Shown here in pieces: positions 28,264 to 38,795 of a stretch of 64,000 nucleotides of DNA. The notes under the pieces were generated by a model, which was given only the letters and a program-made list of their open reading frames with translations, was not told where the DNA came from and searched no databases. Each line of letters opens with the position of its first letter. Position 1 is the first letter of the stretch. The translations under genes were made by a program, and so were the position numbers. The stretch comes from Spirochaetia bacterium (GTDB lineage Bacteria > Spirochaetota > Spirochaetia > DSM-16054 > Sediminispirochaetaceae). The stretch lies in assembly GCA_034520965.1 (NCBI GenBank), contig JAXHMY010000005.1, positions 1 to 64,000 of the forward strand. Reading direction: 5' to 3'.

Positions 28264-29649
28264 CTATTCCAATTCCAGTGCCACACGAACAGTGGTTCCT
28301 GCTTCTGTGCGTATGCTCATAGTGCCGTCAAACTGTACCGTATACCCTTCGACCAGGGTGAGCCCAAAACCGTATTTTCCTTGTTCTACTATTTCGGGGG
28401 GCATGCCGTTTCCGTTATCAGAGACTTCGATGCACAGTAGGTTAGTTTTCTCTTGGTCTTTGTGAATTGATAAGTGTATTTCTCCCCGGTCGTTTTCCGG
28501 AAAGGCGTATTTGATGGAGTTGGTTATAAGCTCTGTTATTATTATACCCACAGGTAGAGACTGTTTTGAGGTAATCTCTATCTCTTCTATATCCGTGGTT
28601 ATGGATATGGACCGGCTGTAGATATAGGCAGCCCGAATATCACGAATAAGCGGGCTTAAAAATGAGGAGATATATACATTACCTATATCCACACCGATGT
28701 AGAGGGATTGATAGATGTTTTGCATCAGTCTCATTTTTGTCTGCACATCTTCAAGGACCCCCTTGATGTGTAAATCATCAATACCATTCGCGCGCAGTGA
28801 AATTATGCTTGAGATTGTGTTCATGTGGTTTTTAATACGGTGATGCACTTCATGCAGCAGATGCTCTTTTTCTTCTAATAGCGTCTCTACCTCCTTTTCT
28901 TTCTGCTTACTCCGGCTAATATCGGTATAGGTAGCCACGACGCCCTCAAACTCTCCGTCAATAATGAGAGGGGATCCGGAGACAATGAGGTGTAATGGGC
29001 TGCCTTCTTTTGTGTATCTGATAGTTTCGATGGGTTCTACGGGCACACCTGAGTGGGCTCTGCTGCTAAACGACAGGGCTTCGTTGTAAATATTTTTATC
29101 ATGAAAGGCTATGCACTCATCAATTGTTTTCCCTAAAACCTCTTCTTCCTTGTAGTGGAACAGCTCCACAGCCTTGTGGTTCCATCCGGTTACACAGCTG
29201 TTCGCGTCGAGCGTTGCTATGGCGTTCGGACTGATATCGATAATAGCTTCTGCATATTTTTTACGCTTCTTGTTAATCCGTTCTAAGTTTTTTCGTTCGG
29301 TAATATCCTCTGCAAAGCTGATAATACCGTTCTCATCAATCTTCATCATTGAAATTGAAAGAGTTTTAGCTGAGCCATCCTTGGTTAGAATTTCTGTTTC
29401 CTCTTTGTAGAATCCTTTAGACAGTAAGGTATGTATAGCCTGTTTTGTTCTTTCCTCCGCAGCTTGAGGCAGTAAAGCGGCAACATTCATGTTCAGCAGT
29501 TCTTGCTCGCTGTAACCGGTACACTGTGAGGTAGCGCGATTTACCTCCTTTATTTTGCCCTTTGTATCTGTGAGCATAAAACTGATGGGTGCATAGGAAA
29601 TGAAATCTAAAAAATCTTCCCACTGCTTACTGATTTGGTCTTTATTCAT
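28264..29649 (-). CDS. PAS-PAS-HisKA_2 sensor histidine kinase
   Basis: Two PAS/PAC repeats; EVHHRIKNH, ELITNSIKYAF, SDNGNG, GFGL. Confidence 0.92.
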   Translation of the reverse strand: MNKDQISKQWEDFLDFISYAPISFMLTDTKGKIKEVNRATSQCTGYSEQELLNMNVAALLPQAAEERTKQAIHTLLSKGFYKEETEILTKDGSAKTLSISMMKIDENGIISFAEDITERKNLERINKKRKKYAEAIIDISPNAIATLDANSCVTGWNHKAVELFHYKEEEVLGKTIDECIAFHDKNIYNEALSFSSRAHSGVPVEPIETIRYTKEGSPLHLIVSGSPLIIDGEFEGVVATYTDISRSKQKEKEVETLLEEKEHLLHEVHHRIKNHMNTISSIISLRANGIDDLHIKGVLEDVQTKMRLMQNIYQSLYIGVDIGNVYISSFLSPLIRDIRAAYIYSRSISITTDIEEIEITSKQSLPVGIIITELITNSIKYAFPENDRGEIHLSIHKDQEKTNLLCIEVSDNGNGMPPEIVEQGKYGFGLTLVEGYTVQFDGTMSIRTEAGTTVRVALELE

Positions 29650-29864
29650 AATAATTCTCTTTGTGTGTTAGGTATATTGATACCGACATAAACATAAAAG
29701 TAGGTAGAGGTTGATACTTATGTGTGTCTCTAAAAAACAAAAAACTTTGATAACTCCAATTACTTAGACTTTAGTTTACTGGCCATTAGCCAATTATACA
29801 AGCCTAATTTTTGGTATTCCCGAATAAATGTGAGCAAATCTCGATTAAAGAAGGACAGAATAAA

Positions 29865-29940
29865 ATGGGTAGAGTTCAGACAAATTTTATTGCCAATCTT
29901 AAAAGGTTTCGCCGGCGTGAGGGCCTTTCGCAAGAAAAGC
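29865..29940 (+). pseudogene. XRE-type HTH regulator, N-terminal fragment
   Basis: MGRVQTNFIANLKRFRRREGLSQEK, then abrupt switch to unrelated GC-rich sequence. Confidence 0.55.
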
Positions 29941-30142
29941 CGGCAGGGACCGCAGCGGTACCCCGCAGCCGTGGGGCGCCTGCAAGGGCGAGCGGGAGTG
30001 AGCCCGGGATGCAGGCGGGCGGGGCCGGCGGCCGAAAGGCGTTGGAGCCTGCGGCTGGAGAAAGGATGTGCCCCTTAGTTCTGCCGGGGGCGGCCGAGGC
30101 GAGGAGTAAAGCGGAGGGCCCGACCCCGCAGGGGGCCGGCCC

Positions 30143-30173
30143 AAAAAAAAAGCCGCCCCTAGAGGCGACTTTT
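30143..30173 (-). terminator. Rho-independent terminator of the betaine SBP gene
   Basis: Stem AAGTCGCC/GGCGGCTT followed by a long T tract on the minus strand. Confidence 0.75.
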
Positions 30174-30190
30174 ATGTGAACTGAGTTTTC

Positions 30191-31081
30191 TTACGGAATC
30201 CAGTCTTCCCATGCGCTGGGGTTGGCTTCCACCCATTCCTGGGCCATGGTGTAGGGATCGTCGGCATCTTTATAAGCTACCAGCAAACTACCCATTTCTT
30301 CGTCGGTGAAGTATATGTTTTCTAAAAACTGAGCCAGTTCAGGCTTGTTTTCTTTAAGACCGGCATTGGCGTACAAGTGGATATTGCCGACTCCCCATAC
30401 CTGAGGTCCGTCCTGTTCAAGAAACGCAAGGTCCCATACGCCGAACTTCCAGTGAGGATTCCAGCCGGCGACTACGATGTACTCGTTGTTTTCAATGGCT
30501 CGTTTCAGGGCGGAGGTCATTGCAGGGCCGCTGGATCCGACCAGGGTGTAACCGGCCTCATTCAGACCGTATCCGGGCATCACTTCATTTTCAATATCCT
30601 GCATCATTCCGGCTCCGGCATCGATACCGGTAATTTTGCTCCGCAGTTTTTCTTTCACTTCCGGTTTTTTCAGGTCTGAGATTGTTTTTACGCCTTCATC
30701 GACCATATACTGGGGTACTACCAGGCCCACCTGGGTTCCTTCGTATATGATGCCTACGTCGTAAATGTTGTCGGCATATTTATCGAGGTAGTCCGCATGC
30801 AGCACGGGCCAGGTTTCCATGAATACGTCGTTGTCGCCTTGTGCAACCGAGGTGTATGCGGGAGCTGCGTCTGCAGCGGTAATTTCTACGTCATAGCCCA
30901 TTTTGGACTCTAATACTACCTGTGCCACGTGGGTGTAGGCTACGCCCTCTGCCCAGTTTACATAGGCCAGGTTGGCGGTTTTTGTTTCTTCGCCTTCCTG
31001 TTGTCCCTCTGCGAAAGCTACTCCAGTGAGCAGCAGAGCCGTCACAGATGCAACAGCAACTAACTTCATTAGCTTTTTCAT
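30191..31081 (-). CDS. Glycine betaine/proline ABC substrate-binding protein (OpuAC/ProX-like)
   Basis: LAYVNWAEG, ETW, GLVVPQY, ITGIDAGAG, GWNPHW. Confidence 0.92.
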   Translation of the reverse strand: MKKLMKLVAVASVTALLLTGVAFAEGQQEGEETKTANLAYVNWAEGVAYTHVAQVVLESKMGYDVEITAADAAPAYTSVAQGDNDVFMETWPVLHADYLDKYADNIYDVGIIYEGTQVGLVVPQYMVDEGVKTISDLKKPEVKEKLRSKITGIDAGAGMMQDIENEVMPGYGLNEAGYTLVGSSGPAMTSALKRAIENNEYIVVAGWNPHWKFGVWDLAFLEQDGPQVWGVGNIHLYANAGLKENKPELAQFLENIYFTDEEMGSLLVAYKDADDPYTMAQEWVEANPSAWEDWIP

Positions 31082-31449
31082 TTGTATCTCCTTATCAATA
31101 TGATTACATATTTCACATACAGCAGAATATAAACAATCAATTTATCTGCTGTATTAGTTTACAACACTAACCATAAATACTGGGATAGTCAAGGACGGTT
31201 AGAAAATATTTTGTGAGAAAAACGGGCTATTTTAGTCATAATGGAGTTATTATTTTAATAAAAAGAGGAAAAAAGTGGAAAATTTAGGTTAACTCAGGGG
31301 TATTCCAGGAGGTTACCCTTTTTTTGTTTTTAGTTCGGCTTTTATAGGCTTAATTAGAATTGGCTATTTTGGGGGGTGTCGGCTAATGCTTTCAGCCCAT
31401 TTATTTAGTGTCGGAAAAATTACATATCTAAATTAACGCTAAATTAACA

Positions 31450-32988
31450 CTACTCGACAAAGAGGCGGCGGCTGGCAAACTGCGGTTCAGAAGTAAGGTT
31501 TACGCCGAGCTTACGCAGGCCCGCTTCATCCCCCGGGCTGGGAAGGTGGGTCAGGTGCATCTGACAACCCCGTAGTTCGTGGAGCCGGTCGACACAGGCC
31601 TGTACAGTGGGGTTAAGGGCGGCGCTGATGGACAGGGCGATGAGCGACTCTTCCACGTCCAGGCTGGGCCGGCTGCGCTGCAGCACCTCCTGCTTGAAGC
31701 GGGAGATAGATTCTATGACTATGGGGGAGAGCAGGTGAATAGAATCTGGGAGCCCGGCCAGGGTTTTGACTCCGTTCAGTACCGCTGCGGTGGCTGCATG
31801 GAGCAGGGTGGAGTTTTTGCCGGTAACCAGGCGCCCGTCGGCGAGCTCGAGGGCAGCCCCGCACCACACCTCTTCGACTCCCTTTGCATCTGGAGAGAGC
31901 GGGTTGGCAAGGGTAATTTGTTTGGCCTCCTCCGCAGCCTCGCGGGCCGCAGGCACCACTTTGCGGTATTCGGGTTGCAGGTTCAGCTCGCTTAACAGTT
32001 GTTTTGCCTTTTCTACGGCCTTATCGTCCACGGCACCCATCATATATTCACAGATGCTGCGGAAATAGCGGCGGACAACCTCCTGCTTTGCAGCCTCCCG
32101 GGCTGCCTCATCGTCTATAATGGCAAAGCCCACACGGTTTACCCCCATTTCGGTGGGAGATTTGTAGATGTTTTCGTCACCGGTTATACGCTCCAGTATT
32201 GACCGCAAAATGGGAAAGGAGTCTACGTCGCGGTTGTAGTTGACCGCCTGCACCCCTGAGGCCTCTAGGTGATACGGGTCGATGAGGTTGTAGTCCTGCA
32301 GGTCCAGGGTAGCCGCCTCGTAGGCCTTATTGACGGGATGGTTCAGGGGCAGGTTCCAGATAGGGAAGGTCTCGAACTTTGCGTACATAGCACGAATGTT
32401 CTGCTGATGGTCGTGGTATACTTGGGAGAGGCAGGTTGCCATTTTACCGGAGCCAGGCCCGGGACCGGTTATTACTACCAGGGGACGGGTGGTTTCGATA
32501 CGCGGGTTGGAACCGTAGCCCTCCGATGAGGCGATAAGGTCCGGGTCGTTGGGGTAGCCCTTAATAGGTGCGTGGGCGTAGACACGGATGCCGCGATTCT
32601 CTAATTTGGTACGGAAGGTTTGTGCCTGGGGTTGATTTTTCCATCGGGTTATGACCACCGCCGAAACTGTAAGGCCCCAGGCGCGCAGATCGTCGATGAG
32701 CTTCATGGCGTCGGCGTCGTAGGTGATGCCATAGTCGGCCCGCATTTTACGGTGCTCGATGGCCCCGGCGTGAATGCAGAGGATTATTTCCGCATCCTTC
32801 TGAAGTTCCTTCAGCAGCCGCACCTTCACATTGGGGTCGTAGCCGGGAAGCACCCGGGCGGCGTGAAAATCGTTTACCAGTTTTCCGCCAAACTCAAGAT
32901 ACAGCCGGCCGTCGAAGCTGCGCATGCGTTCGCGGATAAAAGAGGCCTGTTCGGTGAGGTAGGTTTGGTTATCGAATGCGTTGGTCAT
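31450..32988 (-). CDS. DUF1846 (UPF0371) protein
   Basis: LYLEFGGKL..DFHAARVLPG, GPGSGKMATCLSQ, YAKFETFPIWNLPL.HPVN.AYEAAT. Confidence 0.92.
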   Translation of the reverse strand: MTNAFDNQTYLTEQASFIRERMRSFDGRLYLEFGGKLVNDFHAARVLPGYDPNVKVRLLKELQKDAEIILCIHAGAIEHRKMRADYGITYDADAMKLIDDLRAWGLTVSAVVITRWKNQPQAQTFRTKLENRGIRVYAHAPIKGYPNDPDLIASSEGYGSNPRIETTRPLVVITGPGPGSGKMATCLSQVYHDHQQNIRAMYAKFETFPIWNLPLNHPVNKAYEAATLDLQDYNLIDPYHLEASGVQAVNYNRDVDSFPILRSILERITGDENIYKSPTEMGVNRVGFAIIDDEAAREAAKQEVVRRYFRSICEYMMGAVDDKAVEKAKQLLSELNLQPEYRKVVPAAREAAEEAKQITLANPLSPDAKGVEEVWCGAALELADGRLVTGKNSTLLHAATAAVLNGVKTLAGLPDSIHLLSPIVIESISRFKQEVLQRSRPSLDVEESLIALSISAALNPTVQACVDRLHELRGCQMHLTHLPSPGDEAGLRKLGVNLTSEPQFASRRLFVE

Positions 32989-33111
32989 AGTTGTTCCTTG
33001 GCGTGGTTTCTTGCTTTGAAGTAGTATACCGGATTCAAGTGAAGATTGAAAGCTTGTCCGGCAGCTTGACCTGCAGCTTGACGCGGGCTGGGGAGGACCA
33101 TACAATAGTTT

Positions 33112-33909
33112 ATGAGCACTTCAAATATCAATATTATCCGCTACCAGAAAGGCCGCAGCGAACATGTGCAGGATACAGTGGTGCGTGAGGACTGGCTATA
33201 CCTCTATGTCAACGATATTCTGCTGCTGCAGGCTCCTGTCAGCGGACAGGAGGTGGAAGAGCTTATTTACGGCTATCTGTTTGTAGAGGGATACCTGAAG
33301 GTCGGAGAGAGGCTCAGCCTGCAGCACGAGCACGAGACCTGGCGCACCACCCTAGGCCGCGAGGTAAAGAACCTTACGATGAAAGAGCTGGTGGATTGCG
33401 CCGCCTCTAAAATTGAGTTTGGCGAGGAGATCGAGCCGCTACCGCCGGGGCCGGTTGTAGCGGTTGATACGATTTTGGACCTGCTAGCCGACTTTCAGCG
33501 GCTGCCGTCGCTGTATCACTCTACCGGCGGGGTGCATATGGCCGCTTTTGCTGGAGCTAAGAATCGGCGGATTTTGTATTCGGCGGATGATATTAGCCGG
33601 CGCAATGCAGTGGATAAGGTTATCGGTAAAGTGTTTCTGGGGGAAGGGGGCGACAGGCTCGGGGGCGGCAAGAGTTTAAGGGGCGAGAGCAGTTTTAAGG
33701 AGGGCCTGCTGTTGGTCTCCGGCCGGATCTCCTCGGATATTGTGGTGCGTATGCTCAGAACCGGCATTCCGATTCTAGTTTCAAAGTCCGCGCCCACCGC
33801 GAAGGCGGTGGAGCTTGCAGAGGCCTACGGGGTTACCCTGTGCGGTTTTGCCCGGGGCAGGCGGGTGAACATCTACACCCGCCCCGAGCGGGTGGCCCGG
33901 AGTGGGTAG
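33112..33909 (+). CDS. fdhD: Formate dehydrogenase accessory sulfurtransferase FdhD-like
   Basis: TGGVHMAA, DISRRNAVDKVIG, SGRISSDIV, SKSAPT, TLCGFARG. Confidence 0.85.
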   Translation: MSTSNINIIRYQKGRSEHVQDTVVREDWLYLYVNDILLLQAPVSGQEVEELIYGYLFVEGYLKVGERLSLQHEHETWRTTLGREVKNLTMKELVDCAASKIEFGEEIEPLPPGPVVAVDTILDLLADFQRLPSLYHSTGGVHMAAFAGAKNRRILYSADDISRRNAVDKVIGKVFLGEGGDRLGGGKSLRGESSFKEGLLLVSGRISSDIVVRMLRTGIPILVSKSAPTAKAVELAEAYGVTLCGFARGRRVNIYTRPERVARSG

Positions 33910-33925
33910 ATAGCGGAACTTCTCT

Positions 33926-34852
33926 TTAGTGGCCGATGCCGTGCAGCATGGCTACCATGTGGTCGAGGGTTTTGAAGAGCTCCTGCAGGTACTCTTCTAC
34001 CGCTTTAACACTGCCCGGCAGGGTGTAGAAGATGGTGGAGCTCCCCACCGCGCAGGCGCTGCGGGAGAGCAGAGCATTGGGCTTGCGGGCACCGGCGGTA
34101 AGCCGTATGTGGTCCATGACGCCGGGAACCATTTTTTCGGCTACCGCGGCAAGGGCCTCGGGGGTTATATCCCGTGGACCGATTCCGGTTCCCCCTGTGC
34201 TGATAACTATATCTTCGCCGGCGTTAAGGGCGGCGGTAAAGGCCGCTTCGATAGCCTCCTGTTCGTCCGGTACGCATTGATACTCGGTGCGCAGGTGGTA
34301 GCGTTTTGAAGCAAAGGCGGCTTTTACCAGTTCCAGGGCCCGCGGACCGGAGCGGTCCTTATACACTCCCGCAGAGACCCTGTCACTGACGGTTAAGACC
34401 CGGATCACAAAGTCCCGGGGATGATACTCTATATCCTGGCCGGTCTCGATAGTACCTCCCCGTATGACCCTGGCAAAGAGCCCTTCCTGGGGCATCACGC
34501 ACTTTCCTACCTCTTTGAAAATTGCACAATCGTCGCCGTGACAGGTTTTGCCTATCTGGGTTATCTCAAGCTCAACTCCTCCAATGGTAAAGCGGTCGAG
34601 CACCGCCACCTCGTTCAGGTCGAGTCCCTCAATGGTGAGGTTCTCGCCGAACTCTCCGGGACCGATGTTCCTGTCCATTTGCTTCTCGAAGCGCTCAACG
34701 CTGGCTTGACCCAAAAGGCTTATCATCCGGTGCCAGTCTCCCGAGTGGGCATCCTCCTTGAGGCCCTGTTCATACACTTCGGCTCGGTGGATAGGGGTTT
34801 TTACGGTGCCCTTACGCTCGGATATGTTGATCGATCCTAGGGTGATGCTCAT
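33926..34852 (-). CDS. MOSC-domain + MogA/MoaB-domain protein
   Basis: ATG overlaps the moa[24 protein letters not shown]...C...[30 protein letters not shown]. Confidence 0.88.
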   Translation of the reverse strand: MSITLGSINISERKGTVKTPIHRAEVYEQGLKEDAHSGDWHRMISLLGQASVERFEKQMDRNIGPGEFGENLTIEGLDLNEVAVLDRFTIGGVELEITQIGKTCHGDDCAIFKEVGKCVMPQEGLFARVIRGGTIETGQDIEYHPRDFVIRVLTVSDRVSAGVYKDRSGPRALELVKAAFASKRYHLRTEYQCVPDEQEAIEAAFTAALNAGEDIVISTGGTGIGPRDITPEALAAVAEKMVPGVMDHIRLTAGARKPNALLSRSACAVGSSTIFYTLPGSVKAVEEYLQELFKTLDHMVAMLHGIGH

Positions 34853-35350
34853 TCTACAGCTTCCTTTTTCTTTTCTAGCAGATAGATATTCTCCATTACC
34901 ATAGAGGAGTCGACGGCCTTGCACATGTCGTAGACGGTAAGCAGCGCCAGGTTGACCGCCGTTCAGGGCCTCCATTTCCACTCCTGTCTGTCCGGTGCAG
35001 CGAATGGTGGATTCTACCTGTACGCCCGTCTCGGTCAGTCGGCAGTGCACTTCAATGTGTGTGAGGGGCAGGGGGTGGCACAGCGGAATAAGGGTATGGG
35101 TCTGCTTGGCCGCCTGTATGCCTGCAATTTGGGCTACCGTCAGCACATCGCCCTTTTTCATTTTATTTTCACGCACCAGTTCAACTGTTTCCGGGGCAAT
35201 TCGTATAGAGCCGACGGCACGGGCACTGCGGTGTACCGGCACCTTCGCCCCCACATCCACCATGCGCGCCTTTCCCGACTCATCCACATGGGATAGTCGC
35301 CCCTCTTGTTTTCGTTTTTCGCTTTCTTGCATTTCGTCTCCTAAGTGCAT
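34849..35350 (-). CDS. moaC: Cyclic pyranopterin monophosphate synthase MoaC (1-bp insertion near 34963)
   Basis: [33 protein letters not shown]; other frame continues [18 protein letters not shown]...KKEAVE*. Confidence 0.92.
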
Positions 35351-35352
35351 GT

Positions 35353-36156
35353 TTATCCGCCTATTCCGTAAAAGGTATTGCTGTTACTGACGATTCCCCG
35401 GGCAGGCTTTTCCCGCACCGCCGCAGATATGGCTTCCTCCACCCCCAGGCTGCGGGTGTCGTAGCCGGAGTCGCTAAATAGGCAGGGGTAAATGATCCCC
35501 CTGCTCGAGAGGCGCAGCCGATTACAGAGGGGGCAGTTACCGCCCTCTCCCCCCTCTACCACGGAAAACTCCCCGGAGCTGAGGTCCATCTGCCGGATAA
35601 ATCGAACTTGAAACCCGTGTTCTTTTCCAAACTCGGCCACTCGCTTGGCCTCGGTTTTATCACCATTGGGAGGGATTACAGTGTTCAGTTTAATGGGAAA
35701 GAGCCCCGCCTCGCGGGCGGCAAAAATTCCATCAAGCACGTCCTGCAGCTCTCCCCAGCGGGTAATCTCCCGGTAGCGCTGCGGGTCAAGGCTGTCGAGA
35801 CTTACGTTCACCCGCTGAAGCCCCGCCTTTTTAAGAGGGCCGGCCATCTTTGGCAGGAGGGCTCCATTGCTTGTCATTGCCAAGTCTTCTATTCCCTCTA
35901 TCTCTGCAAGCATGGCAACTAAGTCGACGATGCCCCTGCGAACCAGGGGCTCACCCCCGGTGAGCCGCAGCTTTCGAATGCCGAGGGACACTGCGGTTCT
36001 CACTGCCGCGGTGATTTCCTCAAAGCTCATTACTTCGTGGTGAGGAATGAAGGGTACCCCCTCCTCGGGCATGCAGTAGATGCAGCGAAGATTACAGCGG
36101 TCGGTAACGGAGAGCCGGAGGTAGTCTATTTTGCGGTTAAAAGAGTCGTACAGCAC
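35353..36156 (-). CDS. moaA: GTP 3',8-cyclase MoaA
   Basis: YLRLSVTDRCNLRCIYCMP, LTGGEPL, CPLCNRLRL..C, C-terminal IGG. Confidence 0.95.
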   Translation of the reverse strand: MLYDSFNRKIDYLRLSVTDRCNLRCIYCMPEEGVPFIPHHEVMSFEEITAAVRTAVSLGIRKLRLTGGEPLVRRGIVDLVAMLAEIEGIEDLAMTSNGALLPKMAGPLKKAGLQRVNVSLDSLDPQRYREITRWGELQDVLDGIFAAREAGLFPIKLNTVIPPNGDKTEAKRVAEFGKEHGFQVRFIRQMDLSSGEFSVVEGGEGGNCPLCNRLRLSSRGIIYPCLFSDSGYDTRSLGVEEAISAAVREKPARGIVSNSNTFYGIGG

Positions 36157-37420
36157 GCAGGGCTCCTTTATCGAGGTGTTCTATTCCACGCTCAATCTTA
36201 ATCAACCCCTCTGCCCGGGATATCGAATGGAAATGAGCCGATCCATGGTATTCGAGCAGTGTAATTTGACCCTGTTCGTCTATGGTTACGGGAATCCATT
36301 CATCACGTTCGCTATTTCTGCGGTTAAATTCTTGTGCGAGAGTAGCGAAACTGCGGGGAGCACGGTAGATGCCGTGCATCAGACGGTAGAGGTAGGGTTT
36401 TACCAGTATTTCAAAGATTACGAAACAGGAGACGGGGTTGCCCGCCAAGCCGAACAGGTCTGCTTTATCTGAAACGGCAAAGGTAGTGGGCCGGCCCGGT
36501 TTTACCGCTACCCGATCGTACTGTATCGTAAATCCGTTTCTTTCGATTGCCTCCGGGCCAAAGTCGAAGTCGCCCATAGAGACACCGCCGCTCATTAGAA
36601 TCAGGTCGTTCTCCGATTGGGCCTTTGCCAGGGTACTCTCCAGAGCCTGCGGGTCGTCGGGGACGATTCCGTAATAGGTGGGAATTATTTCCATACGTGA
36701 CAGTTGGGCTACAGCCTGGGGGGCATTGGCGTTACGAATCTGATGGGGCTCGGGTTTTTGCCCCGGTTCTACCACCTCGTTGCCGGTAGAGAGCAGCCCG
36801 ACTTTGGGCAGCGCATATACCGAAACAGACCCGTATCCTACCGAAGCCAGCAAGGCGGTATGCTGAGGGCCGAGGAGGGTGCCCTGTGTAACGACTCGGG
36901 TTCCCAGGGGTACGTCCTCGCCGCGGGGGCTGAAGTTAGGGGGGTGGAACCCAGGATCGGAGCCGGTGTAGCGCACGTACATTTCAGCGGCGTCTTTAGG
37001 GTACTCTTTACTTTGTTCGACCATTATCACGGTATCAGCACCCTCGGGCAGAACCCCGCCGGTCATTACCTTTACACAGCTGCCTTCTTCTACGGAGTGA
37101 AGGGCAGCATCGCCGGCGGAACTGGTTCCTATAAGGCGCAGAGGGCCGGGGAGGTCGCTTTTTCGACAGGCATAGCCGTCAACGGCTACTCTGTCGTAGG
37201 GGGGAAGGTTTCTGTCGGACAGTACGTCCTCGGCCAGTACCCGGCCGCAGCTCTTTCCCACTTCGACCGCTTCGACTGCCTGGGCATGTGTGCGGGTTTG
37301 TGGTTCTTGGCCTTGACCTTGGGCGGAAAATTTTGCTCGTTCTGCGGCCCTGTTCAGGGTGAGTTCAAATATTTCTGAAAAATCTCTTAGTGTGGCATCG
37401 TGTTTCTTTTTCACGCACAT
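36137..37420 (-). CDS. moeA: Molybdopterin metal insertase MoeA
   Basis: PPYDRVAVDGYA, MTGGVLPEGADTVIMVE, STGNEV, SGGVSMGDFD, KPGRP, LAGNPVS. Confidence 0.95.
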   Translation of the reverse strand: MCVKKKHDATLRDFSEIFELTLNRAAERAKFSAQGQGQEPQTRTHAQAVEAVEVGKSCGRVLAEDVLSDRNLPPYDRVAVDGYACRKSDLPGPLRLIGTSSAGDAALHSVEEGSCVKVMTGGVLPEGADTVIMVEQSKEYPKDAAEMYVRYTGSDPGFHPPNFSPRGEDVPLGTRVVTQGTLLGPQHTALLASVGYGSVSVYALPKVGLLSTGNEVVEPGQKPEPHQIRNANAPQAVAQLSRMEIIPTYYGIVPDDPQALESTLAKAQSENDLILMSGGVSMGDFDFGPEAIERNGFTIQYDRVAVKPGRPTTFAVSDKADLFGLAGNPVSCFVIFEILVKPYLYRLMHGIYRAPRSFATLAQEFNRRNSERDEWIPVTIDEQGQITLLEYHGSAHFHSISRAEGLIKIERGIEHLDKGALRAVRLF

Positions 37421-37513
37421 CTACTCCATCGCAAAGTCGTTTTATTGCAATAACGCCTTGTTCGGAATAGAAAAGCAGAAAGAGAGATTGGGCGGGGACA
37501 CTCTTAGCTACAG

Positions 37514-37610
37514 CTCCTTTCCGAACATGGGAGGTCATACCCTTTCGAGTATGGCCCATTGGATTCGCACCATGGCCAAAGGCGGTAGGCGACGAACCTT
37601 CAGAGCGTTA
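37514..37610 (-). ncRNA. Moco-class riboswitch (P3-less, W-cofactor-type variant) upstream of moeA
   Basis: CUCUGAAG...CCUAC...AUGGU...aau-GGGCCAUACUC-GAAA-GGGUAUGACCU-CCCAUGUUCGGAAAGGAG. Confidence 0.75.
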
Positions 37611-37719
37611 TAAAATGTGATTATAACACTAAAGTATTTTGAAGAAAAGAGGATTGCTAAAAATCTTATTCTTGCCTCCTCACCCGAACCATATTATCCG
37701 AACCGTATCATCCGAGCTT

Positions 37720-38790
37720 TTAGTAAAGCCTTATCGAAGAAGCCTTAAAAGAAAGGTATACTTTATCGCCCGGTGAAAGTGCAAGCTCTTCCAGAGATTT
37801 GCGGGTAATTCTAGAGGTAATGAGTCTGCCTTCTACATCTAACGTAACATCTACCAGGCCGGGGGAGTTCCAGCTGCTCTGCTCCGGCCCATCATACGCC
37901 GTGAACGAATATACGGTTCCCTTAAAACAGTTCTGCGCAGAGGAGTGCAGAGGCTCGTCGGAGAGGAGGATCCGATCGTAGTCAATTACGGCGGTGGTAA
38001 AATGGCCATCGATGTCGGGGCAAAAAATTGCAGGTCTTCCAGGCGGTCCCCCAGGCGGTTCACAGACCTGAAATATTCGGTTGCCGGCTTTAGCCGAACT
38101 CATATGCCCCTTTAATATATTTTGTCCGGTGGGTACCAGGCGTCCATCCTCTAACTTGATCAGGGTATCGCCCATCCGGTAGGCGAAGGGGAGGTTGTGG
38201 CTGCTGATAATAATGGTACAACCGTAATCTCTTTGTATAGCCGCAAGGAGCTGTTCTAATTTACCGATGCTGTCTTTATCTATGCTCGAGGTAGGTTCGT
38301 CTAGCAGCAGCACCTCCGGTTCTACCGCCAGGGCCCGGGCTATGGCAACTCTCTGCGCTTCTCCGCCGGAGAGGGCTGAGCTCCTTTTCCGCTCAAATCC
38401 CTGCAGGCCCACCACTTTTAATGTGCGGTGCACCCGCTGTTGCACCTCACGGTGGGAGAACTTCCGCAATTTTAGACCGTATGCAACGTTGCTGTAGACG
38501 GTACCGGAAAACAGGAGGGGGTTCTGGTGCACATAGACCGTTCTTTGCCGCAGGGTACTACCGGTAAGTATATCCTCGTCTTGAAAGCAGATGCTGCCTT
38601 TGGTCGGAAGGAGGAGCCGGTTCATCAGTTTTAACAGGGTTGTTTTTCCAGAACCGTTCGAGCCCAACAATACGTAAATTTTTCCTGCGTTTATCTCGAG
38701 CCGGTCAATTTCCAGCACCGCGGGAGCTTTTTTACCTCGATACTCGGCGGTGTAGCTAAAGCGTAAACCTTCTATTGAAAATAGGGCCAT
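37720..38790 (-). CDS. tupC: Tungstate/molybdate ABC ATP-binding protein with TOBE domain
   Basis: GSNGSGKTT, LSGGEAQR, LLDEP; SSAQNCFKG and C-terminal FKAS TOBE end. Confidence 0.85.
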   Translation of the reverse strand: MALFSIEGLRFSYTAEYRGKKAPAVLEIDRLEINAGKIYVLLGSNGSGKTTLLKLMNRLLLPTKGSICFQDEDILTGSTLRQRTVYVHQNPLLFSGTVYSNVAYGLKLRKFSHREVQQRVHRTLKVVGLQGFERKRSSALSGGEAQRVAIARALAVEPEVLLLDEPTSSIDKDSIGKLEQLLAAIQRDYGCTIIISSHNLPFAYRMGDTLIKLEDGRLVPTGQNILKGHMSSAKAGNRIFQVCEPPGGPPGRPAIFCPDIDGHFTTAVIDYDRILLSDEPLHSSAQNCFKGTVYSFTAYDGPEQSSWNSPGLVDVTLDVEGRLITSRITRKSLEELALSPGDKVYLSFKASSIRLY

Positions 38791-38795
38791 AAGGG

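Noticed and set aside
29811..30179. 122-aa ORF and GC-rich stretch as a gene or structured RNA
   Set aside because: Only about 25 codons resemble an XRE HTH; the rest is low-complexity, and no tRNA or known RNA signature could be supported.
33926..35350. Apparent 474-aa MoaC-MOSC-Mog triple fusion
   Set aside because: One extra A near 34963 causes it; the canonical MoaC end ([10 protein letters not shown]) is in the next frame and stops in an ATGA overlap at 34849-34852.
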